Positions 1-10,466 of a stretch of 64,000 nt of DNA are shown piece after piece. A program made the position numbers and the translations under genes. The DNA is taken from contig CAVVKN010000009.1 of NCBI GenBank assembly GCA_963748825.1, positions 192,001-256,000 of the forward strand, in the 5' to 3' direction. Below the pieces are notes generated by a model that was not told where the DNA came from, did not search any database, and saw nothing but the letters and a program-made list of their open reading frames with translations. The DNA comes from Methanotrichaceae archaeon. Lineage in GTDB: Archaea; Halobacteriota; Methanosarcinia; Methanotrichales; Methanotrichaceae. The number at the start of each line of letters is the position of its first letter. The stretch's first letter is position 1.

Positions 1-1
1 T

Positions 2-331
2 TCTGCGACCTTCACCAATGATCTGTATCCGCGTGCGTTTATCTGGGATGAAAGCCACGTTTCTGCCACGCGCATCTGCCGGGGCGCTAGCATCGGGGCC
101 AATGCCACACTTGTCTGCGGAATAACCGTAGGTGAGTATGCCATGATCGGCGCGGGAAGCGTAGTGGCGAAGGACGTGCCGCCTTTTGCTCTCGTGCTAG
201 GCAATCCCGGCCGGCAAAAGGGGTGGGTCTGCTATTGCGGCCATAGGCTGAAGGGAGATGCCATACAAAGCAGCAATAAGTCGATTTATGAATGCCAGGC
301 CTGTGGAAAGAGTGTAGGGATCACGAAATAG
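2..331 (+). CDS. Hexapeptide-repeat N-acetyltransferase (WbpD-like), 3' part; runs off the window start
   Basis: Frame from nt 2 reads SATFTNDLYPRA...GASIGANATLVCGITVGEYAMIGAGSVVAKDVPPFALVLGNPGR, followed by a CxCG...CxxCG tail. Confidence 0.85.
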   Translation, partial: SATFTNDLYPRAFIWDESHVSATRICRGASIGANATLVCGITVGEYAMIGAGSVVAKDVPPFALVLGNPGRQKGWVCYCGHRLKGDAIQSSNKSIYECQACGKSVGITK

Positions 332-370
332 AAGACCAATTAAGGGCGTGGATGAGGAAGGATAATAGAG

Positions 371-1561
371 ATGTCTGAAGAATGTGCAACGATCGCGATT
401 ATCGGCCTAGGCAATGCCGGGCTGCCGTTAGCTGCAGTTGTGGCAGACAGCGGTATTAAGGTCATGGGCGTGGACATTAATGAAGAGCGCTGCCGGCTGA
501 TTAACAGTGGGGAAAATCCCATTCCCGAGGAAGCGGGCTTAGAAGAGCTTATCAAACTGCACGGTGGCAAGCAGCTCGTGGCAACTCCCCGATTCGAGGA
601 TGCGAGAAGCTGCCAAACCTTCATAGTGATTGTGCCTGTCTTTGTGGACGGCGGCAATAATCCCGACTTCTCAATTATGCAGAAAGCACTCCATTCTCTG
701 GGCAGGATCCTGAAAAAGGGAGATCTGGTGGTTTTGGAGACGACTTTTCCGCCGGGAACTACAGAGGGCATGGCGGCAAGCCTGCTATGTGAGTCGAGCG
801 GCCTTTCTGAGAGCGACTTTTTCCTGGCCTATTCACCAGAGAGAATAATGACCGGCTATAGTCTCTCGCGACTCCGGGAATTTCCCAAAGTGATCGGCGG
901 CAGGGACGAAGAGAGCGGGATAGTTGCCTATCAGGTCTATAAAAAATTCATCTGCAACCTTCATCTGGTCTCCTCGGCCAAAGTGGCGGAGATGATCAAG
1001 GTCATGGAGGGCTGCTATCGCGATGTAAATATCGCTTTGGCCAATGAACTCTTCAAAATTTGCCGGGATCTTGGGATCGACTTTTTCGAGGCAAGAGAGA
1101 AGGCCAACCACCAGTTCTGCCACATTCACCTGCCCTCCACCGGCGTAGGCGGCCACTGCATTCCTGTATACCCCTGGTTTCTCATAAAAGAGATGGAAAA
1201 GAGAGAGCACTTCAGCAATTGCCGCTTGCTCTGTGTCTCGCGAGAGGTCAACGACGAGATGATCCGCTACTGGGCGGAAAGAATATTGCTGGAGTGCATG
1301 AAAATCAACAAGCCGCTTCTAAGCATTAAGATCTGCATCAAGGGCATAACTTTCCGGGCGGGTGTCAAAGAGTTCTATCATAGCCGCAACCTGGGCCTGG
1401 TGAGATTGCTGGCCGACAAAGGGCTGGATGTCTATGTCGCCGATCCTCTTCTCACCCGGGATGAAGTGATAGGAAAAGGCCTTCGATATATCAAACCTGA
1501 AGAGTCTGATTTGATCTTCGACCCCTTTGAACTGAAATTTGATATGTCAGGAATAAATTGA
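371..1561 (+). CDS. UDP-HexNAc 6-dehydrogenase (WecC/WbpA family)
   Basis: GLGNAGLPLA Rossmann motif, LETTFPPGTT, YSPER and catalytic GVGGHCIP. Confidence 0.9.
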   Translation: MSEECATIAIIGLGNAGLPLAAVVADSGIKVMGVDINEERCRLINSGENPIPEEAGLEELIKLHGGKQLVATPRFEDARSCQTFIVIVPVFVDGGNNPDFSIMQKALHSLGRILKKGDLVVLETTFPPGTTEGMAASLLCESSGLSESDFFLAYSPERIMTGYSLSRLREFPKVIGGRDEESGIVAYQVYKKFICNLHLVSSAKVAEMIKVMEGCYRDVNIALANELFKICRDLGIDFFEAREKANHQFCHIHLPSTGVGGHCIPVYPWFLIKEMEKREHFSNCRLLCVSREVNDEMIRYWAERILLECMKINKPLLSIKICIKGITFRAGVKEFYHSRNLGLVRLLADKGLDVYVADPLLTRDEVIGKGLRYIKPEESDLIFDPFELKFDMSGIN

Positions 1562-1572
1562 GGAGAAGTTCA

Positions 1573-2658
1573 ATGAAGATAGCATCGATAGTTGGCGCCA
1601 GGCCGAACTTCATCAAATTGGCACCATTATCCAGGGAGCTGAGAAGACGGGGACTTGATGAAGTAATAATTCACACCGGTCAGCATTATAACTATGAGAT
1701 GGACAAGATATTCTTCGATGACATGGGCATACCGGCCCCTGATTACCACATGGGAATAGGCTCGGGCAGTCATGGCTTTCAGACGGGAGAGATGCTGAGG
1801 AAGGTGGAGGAGGCTCTCGTGGCTGAGAAGCCGGATGCGGTTATAGTCTTCGGCGACACCAACTCCACCCTGGCAGGAAGCCTGGCGGCTGCAAAGCTGC
1901 ATATCAAGAGCGCTCATGTCGAGGCAGGTCTCAGATCCTTTGACAAGCGCATGCCCGAGGAGATCAACCGAGTGCTTGTGGACCATTGCTCCGATTTGCT
2001 GCTCTGTCCGACCAAGACTGCCGTGGACAACTTAAGAAGAGAGGGCATAACAAAGAATGTTTATCTGACAGGAGATGTGATGGTGGATGCGCAAAAGGAT
2101 TGCGAACGGATTGCCGAGAATAAATCACATATCCTGGAAGACCTGGAACTTTCGCCCAACGATTACTACTTGGCCACTGTGCACAGGGCATCGAACACTG
2201 ATGACCCGGACAAACTCAGAGCGATCACAGAGGCGCTCAAAGATCTGGAAAATGTGGTCTTTCCCTGCCATCCCAGAGCCGAGAAATATCTGAGAGAATT
2301 TGGCCTGTGGGACGATCTGATCAGGAAGATCGAGGTGATCAAGCCGGTGGGGTATCTGGACATGCTCCTCCTGGAGAAGAACGCCAAAAAGATAATCACC
2401 GACTCGGGCGGCGTGCAGAAGGAAGCCTATCTGCTGGGTATTGCCTGCATAACTCTGAGAGACGAAACTGAATGGGTGGAAACAGTAGAGGATGGGTGGA
2501 ATGTTCTTGTTGGCCCGAACCGGGAGAAGATCATTTCATTAGCCAGATGCTTTGAGCCCAGCCATGAGCGTCAGGATGTATTCGGAAAGGGCGATGCAAG
2601 CATCAAGATCGTGGATTTGGTGGAAAACATTTTGCATGAAAAAACAGGTGGATCTTGA
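1573..2658 (+). CDS. wecB: UDP-GlcNAc 2-epimerase, non-hydrolysing (WecB/WbpI family)
   Basis: VGARPNFIK, HTGQHY, GDTNS, HVEAGLRS, MPEEINR and TDSGGVQKEA motifs; ATG at 1573 follows GAGGAG. Confidence 0.92.
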   Translation: MKIASIVGARPNFIKLAPLSRELRRRGLDEVIIHTGQHYNYEMDKIFFDDMGIPAPDYHMGIGSGSHGFQTGEMLRKVEEALVAEKPDAVIVFGDTNSTLAGSLAAAKLHIKSAHVEAGLRSFDKRMPEEINRVLVDHCSDLLLCPTKTAVDNLRREGITKNVYLTGDVMVDAQKDCERIAENKSHILEDLELSPNDYYLATVHRASNTDDPDKLRAITEALKDLENVVFPCHPRAEKYLREFGLWDDLIRKIEVIKPVGYLDMLLLEKNAKKIITDSGGVQKEAYLLGIACITLRDETEWVETVEDGWNVLVGPNREKIISLARCFEPSHERQDVFGKGDASIKIVDLVENILHEKTGGS

Positions 2659-3650
2659 AAGTACTTCTTTTAGCCAATCAGCCGGAGAGGACCACGCGGC
2701 TGAATATGTTCGCGGGCACTCTCAAATCCCAGGGACATGAGGTGATCATTCCCAGTTTCGGCACAAAAAATTGGATCAGAATTGCCGGATTGGCGAAGAA
2801 GATCGCAAAAGAGAGGAAACCTGATGTGGTCCATATCTTTAACGTTCCCGATGTGATTTATCACAACTTTGCGAAGCTGCGGGGCCAAGGCTTCCGAAAG
2901 CTAATCTACGACTACAGGTCTCCCTGGGGCATTGAGCTTGCTCAGACCTTCGGCGCGCCTGGTAGGATACTTGCCGAGCACTTTGAAAGAGAACTGGCAA
3001 ATTCTGCAGATGTCATCACTACAGTCAACGAGCCTCTCGGAAGAAAAGTGCAGGGTTATGCCCCCGATAAGAAAGTTCAGGTGATTCCCAACTATCCTCA
3101 TCGTTCTTTCTGCACAAAAGGGGCAAAGATCGATAGCCAGGAATTTGCGATCGAGCCGGGAAGAGAGCCCATTGTATTCATAGGACGCATCTGCACCCAG
3201 GAGGGGATTGGAAAGCTTCTGGAGGTTGCCCGGGCAATACCCGAACGGGAGTTTTGGATTGTGGGCAGTGGGCCTTTTGCCGATTGGTATCTCTGGAGAA
3301 AGCCCGGTAATGTTAAGAACCTGGGCTGGCAGCCACATGAGAAAGTTGCAGCCCTAATTAACAATGCCAGGCTCTGCCTGATTCCACGTGAGGAGGACGC
3401 GCTCACCCCCTATTCCACGGACAAGAGCGTCTGGAAGCTCAATGAGTACCTGGCCATGGGGAAGGTGGTAGTGGCATCCGGCGTGACCATGGTGGAAAAG
3501 AGAAAGAACCTGGTGATTGTGAAGGCAGAAAAGCTGGAGGAGGCGGTACGGGAGAATCTCATGCGAGAGCCTGAGAGGCTCTTGGCAGAGGATTACAGGT
3601 TCTGGGATGGGAACGACCAGATTATCAGAGAGGTTTACGAGAGCCTTTAG
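2655..3650 (+). CDS. Glycosyltransferase, GT4-like
   Basis: GT-B features (PDVVHIFN, FIGRI, KLNEYLAMGKVVVAS); overlaps the wecB stop. Confidence 0.8.
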   Translation: MKVLLLANQPERTTRLNMFAGTLKSQGHEVIIPSFGTKNWIRIAGLAKKIAKERKPDVVHIFNVPDVIYHNFAKLRGQGFRKLIYDYRSPWGIELAQTFGAPGRILAEHFERELANSADVITTVNEPLGRKVQGYAPDKKVQVIPNYPHRSFCTKGAKIDSQEFAIEPGREPIVFIGRICTQEGIGKLLEVARAIPEREFWIVGSGPFADWYLWRKPGNVKNLGWQPHEKVAALINNARLCLIPREEDALTPYSTDKSVWKLNEYLAMGKVVVASGVTMVEKRKNLVIVKAEKLEEAVRENLMREPERLLAEDYRFWDGNDQIIREVYESL

Positions 3651-4169
3651 AACGATAAGTTCAAGGATAACGTTTTGCATCTTTCCAAGATCGGAGATCT
3701 AAAGGTTTGGTTGCATAGGAAAGTTGAAGGAACCATTAAGAGGCTGACCATAAGAAGATCAGCTACCAAAAAATGGTATGTCTCATTCTTGGTAGAAGAT
3801 GCACCCAAAGATGCCGTACCAGATTCCGAGAAAGCAGTAGGCATTGACGTGGGGATATCCAATTTTGTCGTTCTGTCAGATGGTACTTTTGTAGCAAACC
3901 AAAGATATCTAGCAGCTTGTGAAGAGAAACTTTCCACGGAACAAAGCAAGAAAGATAAACTCCCCCATAGATCACCAGAACGCAAGAAAGCTGCCAAGAA
4001 AGTCAGTCATATCTATGAACGACTTGGTAATCTCAGAGATAACTTTGCTCACCAACTCAGCCATCAGATAGTGAACGATTATGACATAATCTGCCTGGAA
4101 GATATAGATATCAAGAATCTTATCGAAAAGAAACCTTACATGACCAAGAGCGTGCTGGATGCAAGCTGG
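3651..4169 (+). pseudogene. tnpB: Internal fragment of IS200/IS605 TnpB
   Basis: LHLSKIG...KRLTIRR...WYVSF, RuvC-I AVGIDVG, RuvC-II ICLEDI and SVLDASW are present; no N-terminal HTH and no Zn finger/RuvC-III. Confidence 0.85.
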
Positions 4170-4222
4170 AAGAAAAAAAAATGGCCTGCTAATTTTGAGC
4201 GGCTCAGCAAAAAAAGGAGACC

Positions 4223-6028
4223 TTACTCCACCGTCACGCACTTGGCAAGGTTACGAGGCTTATCAATGGGCAGGCCGAGCTTGTTTGCCGTATAATAGGA
4301 GAGAAGCTGCACGGCCACAGTGCACAGCACTGCAGAGTAGATGGGCTCTGTCTCCGGCAGCTCAATCACACGACTTGCCACCTTGGCGATATCCGGGTCT
4401 CCTTCTGTGGCCAGGGCAATTACATCTGCGCCACGTGCTCTGACCTCTTTGATATTGGACTGAATCTTCTTGCCACAGGTGGCCAGCGCCACTACCGGCG
4501 TCTTTTCCGTAATCAATGCCAGAGGCCCGTGCTTGAGCTCGCCTCCTGCGTAGCCCTCCGATGGGATGTAGGCGATCTCCTTCATCTTCAGCGCGCCTTC
4601 CAGAGAGATCGGATAGAGATAGTCCCTGCCGATGAAGAAATAGCAGCTTGCGCCCGCATAAAGCTCAGCGATCTCTTTGATCTCCCCCCTCTTCTCTAAA
4701 ACCCTCTGCACCAGGCCAGGGAGTTTGGTCAGCTCAATAAGCATCTTTCTCGCCTGATCGGGCGTCAGATGGCCACGAGCCCGGCCCAGACGTACAGCCA
4801 GCAGGATGATGGCCACGAGCTGAGCGGTGAAGGTCTTGGTAGCAGCCACGCCGATCTCCGGGCCGCAGCGAGTGTAAATCGTGCCGTCCACCAGCTCGGT
4901 CACAGTTGAGCCCACCACATTGGTTATGGCCAGGCTTCGTCCGCCGCAGGTCTTGGCCTTCTTCAGCGCCATAAGTGTATCTGCTGTCTCTCCGGACTGA
5001 GTGATGCCCAAAAGGAGAGTTCTGGGCCGCACCTGAAGGTTCAAAAACTCGGATGCTACCTCTACATCAACAGGCAGGCCGGCCACGCGAGCAAACAGGT
5101 TCTTGGCCAGCATGCCGGCATGATAGGATGTGCCGCAGGCGATGACGGTCAGCCTTTCCAGGCCTTTTATCTCCTCGTCGTCCATGCCCAATTTGAGTCG
5201 TACATCCCCATCGATCTCCGAAATGCGTCCGGCGATGGTCTCGCGAATTCCCCGCGGCTGCTCATGGATCTCTTTGAGCATGAAATGAGGATAGCCGCCC
5301 TTTTCTGCGGCGTTGGCATCCCAGGTGACACGCTCGATCTCAACCTGGCGGGGCTGGCCTTCTCGATCCATCATCTCAACCCGATCCGCATAGATGCGGG
5401 CGACCTCGCCGTCCTTCATGCGGATGATGTCTTTGGTATAAGGAAGAAGCGCAGGAACATCGGATGCTACGTAGACTGCGCTCTCGCCCTTGCCCAGCAC
5501 CAGAGGGCTGTCCTTTCTGGCGCAGACGAGGTACGGCGAGCTGGCTGCCAGCACGGCCACGGCATAAGAGCCTTCCACATGCTCCAAAGCCTTGCAAACG
5601 GCTGCGTAAAGATCGCCCTTATAATAAAAGTGAATAAGATGCGCCAGGGCCTCGCTGTCCGTCTCGGAAGAAAACACATAGCCCATCTCCGTCAAAAGCT
5701 CTCTTAGATCCAGATAGTTCTCAATTATGCCGTTATGCACTATGGCGATCTCTCCGGAGGTATGAGGATGCGCATTTTGATCGCTCGGCCGCCCGTGCGT
5801 TGCCCAGCGGGTATGGCCGATGCCCATTCTCTCTCCCGGACTGCCCAGACTCTCGTAGACCTTTTCCAGATCTGCTATTCGCCCGGCAGACTTCAGGACC
5901 TCAATCTCCCCATCAGACTTTATCGCCACTCCCGCCGAATCATAACCTCTATACTCCAGCCTTTTCAGCGTATCAAAGAGAATTGGTCCTGCCAACTGGT
6001 CACCGATATAAGCCACAATTCCGCACAT
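4223..6028 (-). CDS. glmS: Glutamine--fructose-6-phosphate transaminase (isomerizing)
   Basis: MCGIV N-terminus, LEYRGYDSAG, GHTRWATHG, QSGETADT and PRNLAKCVTVE C-terminus. Confidence 0.98.
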   Translation of the reverse strand: MCGIVAYIGDQLAGPILFDTLKRLEYRGYDSAGVAIKSDGEIEVLKSAGRIADLEKVYESLGSPGERMGIGHTRWATHGRPSDQNAHPHTSGEIAIVHNGIIENYLDLRELLTEMGYVFSSETDSEALAHLIHFYYKGDLYAAVCKALEHVEGSYAVAVLAASSPYLVCARKDSPLVLGKGESAVYVASDVPALLPYTKDIIRMKDGEVARIYADRVEMMDREGQPRQVEIERVTWDANAAEKGGYPHFMLKEIHEQPRGIRETIAGRISEIDGDVRLKLGMDDEEIKGLERLTVIACGTSYHAGMLAKNLFARVAGLPVDVEVASEFLNLQVRPRTLLLGITQSGETADTLMALKKAKTCGGRSLAITNVVGSTVTELVDGTIYTRCGPEIGVAATKTFTAQLVAIILLAVRLGRARGHLTPDQARKMLIELTKLPGLVQRVLEKRGEIKEIAELYAGASCYFFIGRDYLYPISLEGALKMKEIAYIPSEGYAGGELKHGPLALITEKTPVVALATCGKKIQSNIKEVRARGADVIALATEGDPDIAKVASRVIELPETEPIYSAVLCTVAVQLLSYYTANKLGLPIDKPRNLAKCVTVE

Positions 6029-7227
6029 CAGCTTATCACCCTGCTCTCCCTCTCAATCCAGCCGCGAATAGACGAGCCCGAGCCTATACGCGCACCCGTG
6101 CCCACAACCGTTCCCGGGCTGACCAGAACTCTGCTTCCTGCAGTCACATCATCGGCAAATATAGCCCCGAACTCAGCCCTTTGAAAAGCTTCCTCCACCT
6201 CTACCACACAGGGCCCCGTCTCGATGGCCAGTTGGTCTCCTAAAGTGCAGCTTGCTCCTATAATCGAGTCGGAAATAATAGACCCGGAGCCGATCCTGGC
6301 ATCATTCATGATTATGCTGTTTCTTACCTCAGAATGTGAACCGATCCTGGCCGAGTCACCTACGGAAGTAGACGGCAGGATGATGGCACCGGGACCTATA
6401 TCGCAGTCCTCGCCGATACAGACCGGGCCCACCAGATAAGATCCGGAGCGGATAATGCTGCCCTCGCCCACCTCCACCGGGCCTTTGATCCTGACGCCCT
6501 CTTCCACCTCCCCAGCGATCTTTGTATCCTGCATGCCCAAAGCCAGGTTGTTGGCATTGAGAAGATCCCAGGCAAATATGGCATCTGCCCATATGCCTTT
6601 GCTGATCTGGGGTACGATCTCTTTTCCATCCGCGATCATCTGAGATATGGTCTCGGTCAGCTCGTAAGATCCTCGCTCCGATATGGGAGTATGGCGAAGA
6701 TCTTCAAAGATGGCAGGACTGAATTTGTAGGCTCCCGTATTGAGAATTCCGGAACATGGCCTTCCCGGCTTCTCGATTATTGCCTTTACTCTCTCCTGTT
6801 CGATCATTAAGACCCCGTAGTCGCCGGAATGCCGGCGAAGAGCAGCCAATATCACGTTATCTCCCTTGGCCGAGATCAGCTCCTTGACCGCCCTTGCATC
6901 TATGAGATTGTCTCCGTTGACCACGAGAAATTCCTCATTCACATAGCTTTCAGCTTTGCGCAGGGCATGAGCCGTCCCCAAAAGCTCATTTTGTTCGAGG
7001 TAAGTGATCTTTACGCCAAAATCAAGACCATCCTCGAAATAGTCCATGACCCTTTCTTTCTGATAGCCCACTACAATGTAGAGATCTCGAATGCCGTTTG
7101 CAGCCAGAGCCGAAATGACGTGCTCCATGAAAGGACGGTTTCCCACAGGAAGCATGACCTTGGATCTGGTCTGGGTAAGTGGCCTGCATCTGCGGCCTTC
7201 TCCAGCCGCCAATATGACACCCTTCAA
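6028..7227 (-). CDS. glmU: Archaeal bifunctional sugar-1-phosphate nucleotidylyltransferase/acetyltransferase
   Basis: KGVILAAGEGRR..PLT, LGTAHAL, VNGD and C-terminal hexapeptide repeats; likely TTG start at 7227; coupled to glmS. Confidence 0.88.
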   Translation of the reverse strand: MKGVILAAGEGRRCRPLTQTRSKVMLPVGNRPFMEHVISALAANGIRDLYIVVGYQKERVMDYFEDGLDFGVKITYLEQNELLGTAHALRKAESYVNEEFLVVNGDNLIDARAVKELISAKGDNVILAALRRHSGDYGVLMIEQERVKAIIEKPGRPCSGILNTGAYKFSPAIFEDLRHTPISERGSYELTETISQMIADGKEIVPQISKGIWADAIFAWDLLNANNLALGMQDTKIAGEVEEGVRIKGPVEVGEGSIIRSGSYLVGPVCIGEDCDIGPGAIILPSTSVGDSARIGSHSEVRNSIIMNDARIGSGSIISDSIIGASCTLGDQLAIETGPCVVEVEEAFQRAEFGAIFADDVTAGSRVLVSPGTVVGTGARIGSGSSIRGWIERESRVIS

Positions 7228-7382
7228 ATCTATCACAGCCTGGATATCTAGAACTGATACATCAAGCACGGCTTGCTTTAGATCTTTTCGGTCAATAATT
7301 CTCAAAAAATATGAATAGAGATGAACAGGCCCAGGCTTTTATAGGAGCAGCTAATAAAACAGCAGGCGAGACGAAAGATAAG

Positions 7383-8504
7383 ATGAAGATACTGGTAATA
7401 CCCACGACAGACTGGATCAGGCATCCAGTTCCCAATCGGCTCAATTTCATCTTCGATTCTCTGGCCGAGGAGCACGATGTGTATGTGCTGCATTTCGGCC
7501 TGAAGAGGTTTTCGAATCTTGAGGCAAGGGAAACGAAATGCAGGCTGGTGGAAGCGAGCTGGATTAAGGTCGATGACCCTTCTCTCTATTACCTATTGAA
7601 CTTCCCATATCACTTATGGAAAATCAGAAGCATTGTGAAGAAGCTGGACATAGACGTTATCCTCTCCACCAATATTTTGCCATCCTTTGCCGCAAACTTC
7701 GCGCACTCGCCAGTCGTATTCGACTATCTGGATCATCTGGAGGAATCGGCATCGATTTACTATCCCGGATCGGCCCTGGGTGAGATCGTCAAGCAGGTGG
7801 TAAGCCTCATCACCAAATACAATCTCCGCCATGCCCACTCCGTCATTACAATTACCCGTGAGCTTTCGGAATTTCTGCGGGACCTGGGTGTAAAAGACAT
7901 AGCTGTGATCCCCAATGGCGTGGATACAAAGCTTCTCAAGCCACTTTCCATGCAGGAAGCCAAGAAATCCCTGGGCCTGACGGGTGTGGTCCTGGGCTAC
8001 GTGGGCTCGCTCGAGCACTGGGTGGATCTGGAGACCGTTGTGTCGGCTCTGCCGCACATCGATGCAACTTTGCTCGTTGTAGGGCCGGGGCTTTTTACCG
8101 ATTATGGGGACCGAATAAAGAAGATGGCAGAAGATCTGGGTGTTAAGGACAGGATAGTCTTCACGGGCGCGGTGAAGTATGCCGAGCTGTCTCGCTATAT
8201 TTCTGCTATGGATATAGGTCTCAATCCCCTGAAGATGATGAAGAAGAACGAGTACGCCGCGGGGGGCAAGGTCTTCAATTATCTGGCCTGCGGCAGGCCG
8301 GTGCTCTCCAGCCGCATGATCTCTCTGGAAAAGCTGCTGGGAGATGAGATATACTACTACGATGATGTGAAGAGCTTCACATTGCAGGTAAAGAACGTCT
8401 TGGCTGCAGGAATCGATGAGAAGAGATACAGGTCCCTGGCCGAGAAGTACGACTGGAGAGAGATTGCCAGCAGTTATGAAGATGTCCTGAGGAAGGCGGC
8501 ATGA
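7383..8504 (+). CDS. Glycosyltransferase family 4
   Basis: IPNGVD, GYVGSL and KVFNYLACGRPV; likely ATG at 7383 (ORF track start 7311). Confidence 0.88.
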   Translation: MKILVIPTTDWIRHPVPNRLNFIFDSLAEEHDVYVLHFGLKRFSNLEARETKCRLVEASWIKVDDPSLYYLLNFPYHLWKIRSIVKKLDIDVILSTNILPSFAANFAHSPVVFDYLDHLEESASIYYPGSALGEIVKQVVSLITKYNLRHAHSVITITRELSEFLRDLGVKDIAVIPNGVDTKLLKPLSMQEAKKSLGLTGVVLGYVGSLEHWVDLETVVSALPHIDATLLVVGPGLFTDYGDRIKKMAEDLGVKDRIVFTGAVKYAELSRYISAMDIGLNPLKMMKKNEYAAGGKVFNYLACGRPVLSSRMISLEKLLGDEIYYYDDVKSFTLQVKNVLAAGIDEKRYRSLAEKYDWREIASSYEDVLRKAA

Positions 8505-8556
8505 ATTCTCTTGGCCAGGAATTGGAGGCGGAAAGCCTCTGTGAGTGGCAATTTTG

Positions 8557-10435
8557 ATGTGCGGCATTAACGGATTTACCTGGAAGGATGCGGATCTGAT
8601 AGAGAAGATGAACTTGGTCCTACAGCACCGCGGGCCAGATGATCAGAGCACCTATATCGACGATAAGGTATCTCTGGGCCACTGCAGGCTCGCGATCATT
8701 GACCTCTCCCCTGCCGGAAGGCAGCCCAAGTGCAATGAGGATGAAAGCATCTGGATTGTATTCAATGGCGAGATTTATAACTTCCAGGAGATCAGGCCCC
8801 TCTTGGAGAAGGCAGGCCACCGCTTCTCATCCAATTCCGACACAGAGGTCATAATTCATGCCTATGAGGAGTGGGGAACTGGCTGCGTGGAGAGGTTCAA
8901 CGGCATGTGGGCCTTTGCCATTTACGATAAGAATATGGGAACAATCTTCTTCTCTCGTGATCGGTTCGGTGTAAAACCGTTCTATTTCTGCCAAGATGAA
9001 AAAGGCCTGATCTTCTCCTCAGAGATCAAGGGCATCTTGCAGCACTCCATAAGTAGAATTCCCAATGATAAAGTAGTATACGATTTCCTGATATTAGGCT
9101 TTGTGGACCATTCGCCAGAGACGTTCTTTCAGGGCATTAACAGGCTTATGCCAGGTGAGAGCATGATATATGACCTCTCCGAAGGCACGACGAAGAAATT
9201 TAGGTGGTATGATCTGGACGGGAGGCTGTCGGCGACCCAGAGGATTTCGGAAGAAGATGCGGCAAAGAGGATACATGAGCTGTTTGAGGATAGTGTGCGC
9301 TATCGTCTTATCTCCGATGTGCCTGTGGGCTCCTGCTTGAGCGGTGGCATCGACTCTTCTTCCATTGTCCACGCCATGAGAAAAAACAGCGAGAAGAGTG
9401 AGATAAAGACCTTCTCTATGGTCTTTCCCGGCAAAAAGCAGGATGAATCCTCGTTTATAAATGAGGTGGTGGCAGCCGCAAAAGTCGAGGCGCACAAGGT
9501 AAGCCCGACCTCAGATGATCTCTTGAAGGATCTGAATGATTTGATCTGGACGCAAGAGGAACCATTCGGATCCTTGAGCATCTACGGGCAGTATAAAGTG
9601 ATGCAGCTGGCCAATAGAAGCGGCATGAAGGTGCTGCTGGACGGCCAGGGTAGCGATGAGATTTTTGCTGGATATTTTATATATTATAAGTACTACCTTT
9701 TTGAGTCTCTGCTCCATCTCCGAATGGGGGAAGCTATAGAGACGGCAAAGAGGATGAAAAGCAAGCTCCAGGACATGGTGCTTTTTCCGGCCATGACATT
9801 GCTCAGCAATCTGGGGCTTTCACAGGGAATACTTCAGAACCTGTGGCTTTCTCGATTGAAGTACCTGAAAGGGTTTGATAAAGTTGTGCTGGCCAATCCG
9901 CTGACAGAGAGGGGCTTTGATTTGAACCGGGCACTACATAGCGATCTGACCCGTTACAGCATTCCACAACTGCTCAGGTACGAGGACAAGAACTCCATGC
10001 GCTGGTCCATAGAGTCTCGTGTGCCGTTTCTCGATTACCGGCTGGTGGAACTGGCCATGTCACTTCCCTCCGGCTACAAGATTAAAAAGGGAACGACCAA
10101 ATACATCCTGAGAAAAGCGATGAAAGGACTGGTATCGGAAAGGATACTGGGGAGGAAGGACAAGATAGGCTTTGCCACACCTGACGAATCCTGGATGAGG
10201 TCTTCAGATTTTGCTTTGCTTATGGAAAAGCTGATCAATTCAGAGGAGTTCAAGGTCAGGAAGTACTGGAAAGCAGAATTAGTAATGGGTGGTTCTGCGT
10301 ACTGGAGCCAGGAAGAAGTTGCTTGCGGAACACACGAGCGGCAAGAAAAATCACGAGGAAACGCTGTGGAGAATAGTGAGCATTGAGATGTGGCTTAGAA
10401 TATTCATAGATTCGCCAAAGCACAGGGTGATGTAA
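8557..10435 (+). CDS. asnB: Asparagine synthase-family amidotransferase (glycan amidation type); frameshift near the 3' end
   Basis: MCGI, HRGPD, RLAIID, RDRFGVKP, LSGGIDSS, DGQGSDE and RVPFLD; the typical tail LLAEH...LWRIVSIEMWLR continues in the +1 frame after ~10310 to TAA at 10435. Confidence 0.88.
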
Positions 10436-10466
10436 CACGAAAGAGCTTAGAGACTGCAACCTTCTG

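Noticed and set aside
3675-4295. Functional RNA-guided TnpB nuclease system
   Set aside because: It lacks the N-terminus, Zn finger, RuvC-III and right end; the ORF tail is read-through into antisense glmS
7614-8567. Long antisense ORFs (also 24758..25504, 27822..28472, 28935..29741)
   Set aside because: They are shadows of well-supported genes on the opposite strand and carry no motifs
10285-10310. Similarity of ggtggttctgcg..tggagcc to a Strep-tag linker
   Set aside because: The match is too short and interrupted, with no HPQFEK; treated as coincidence
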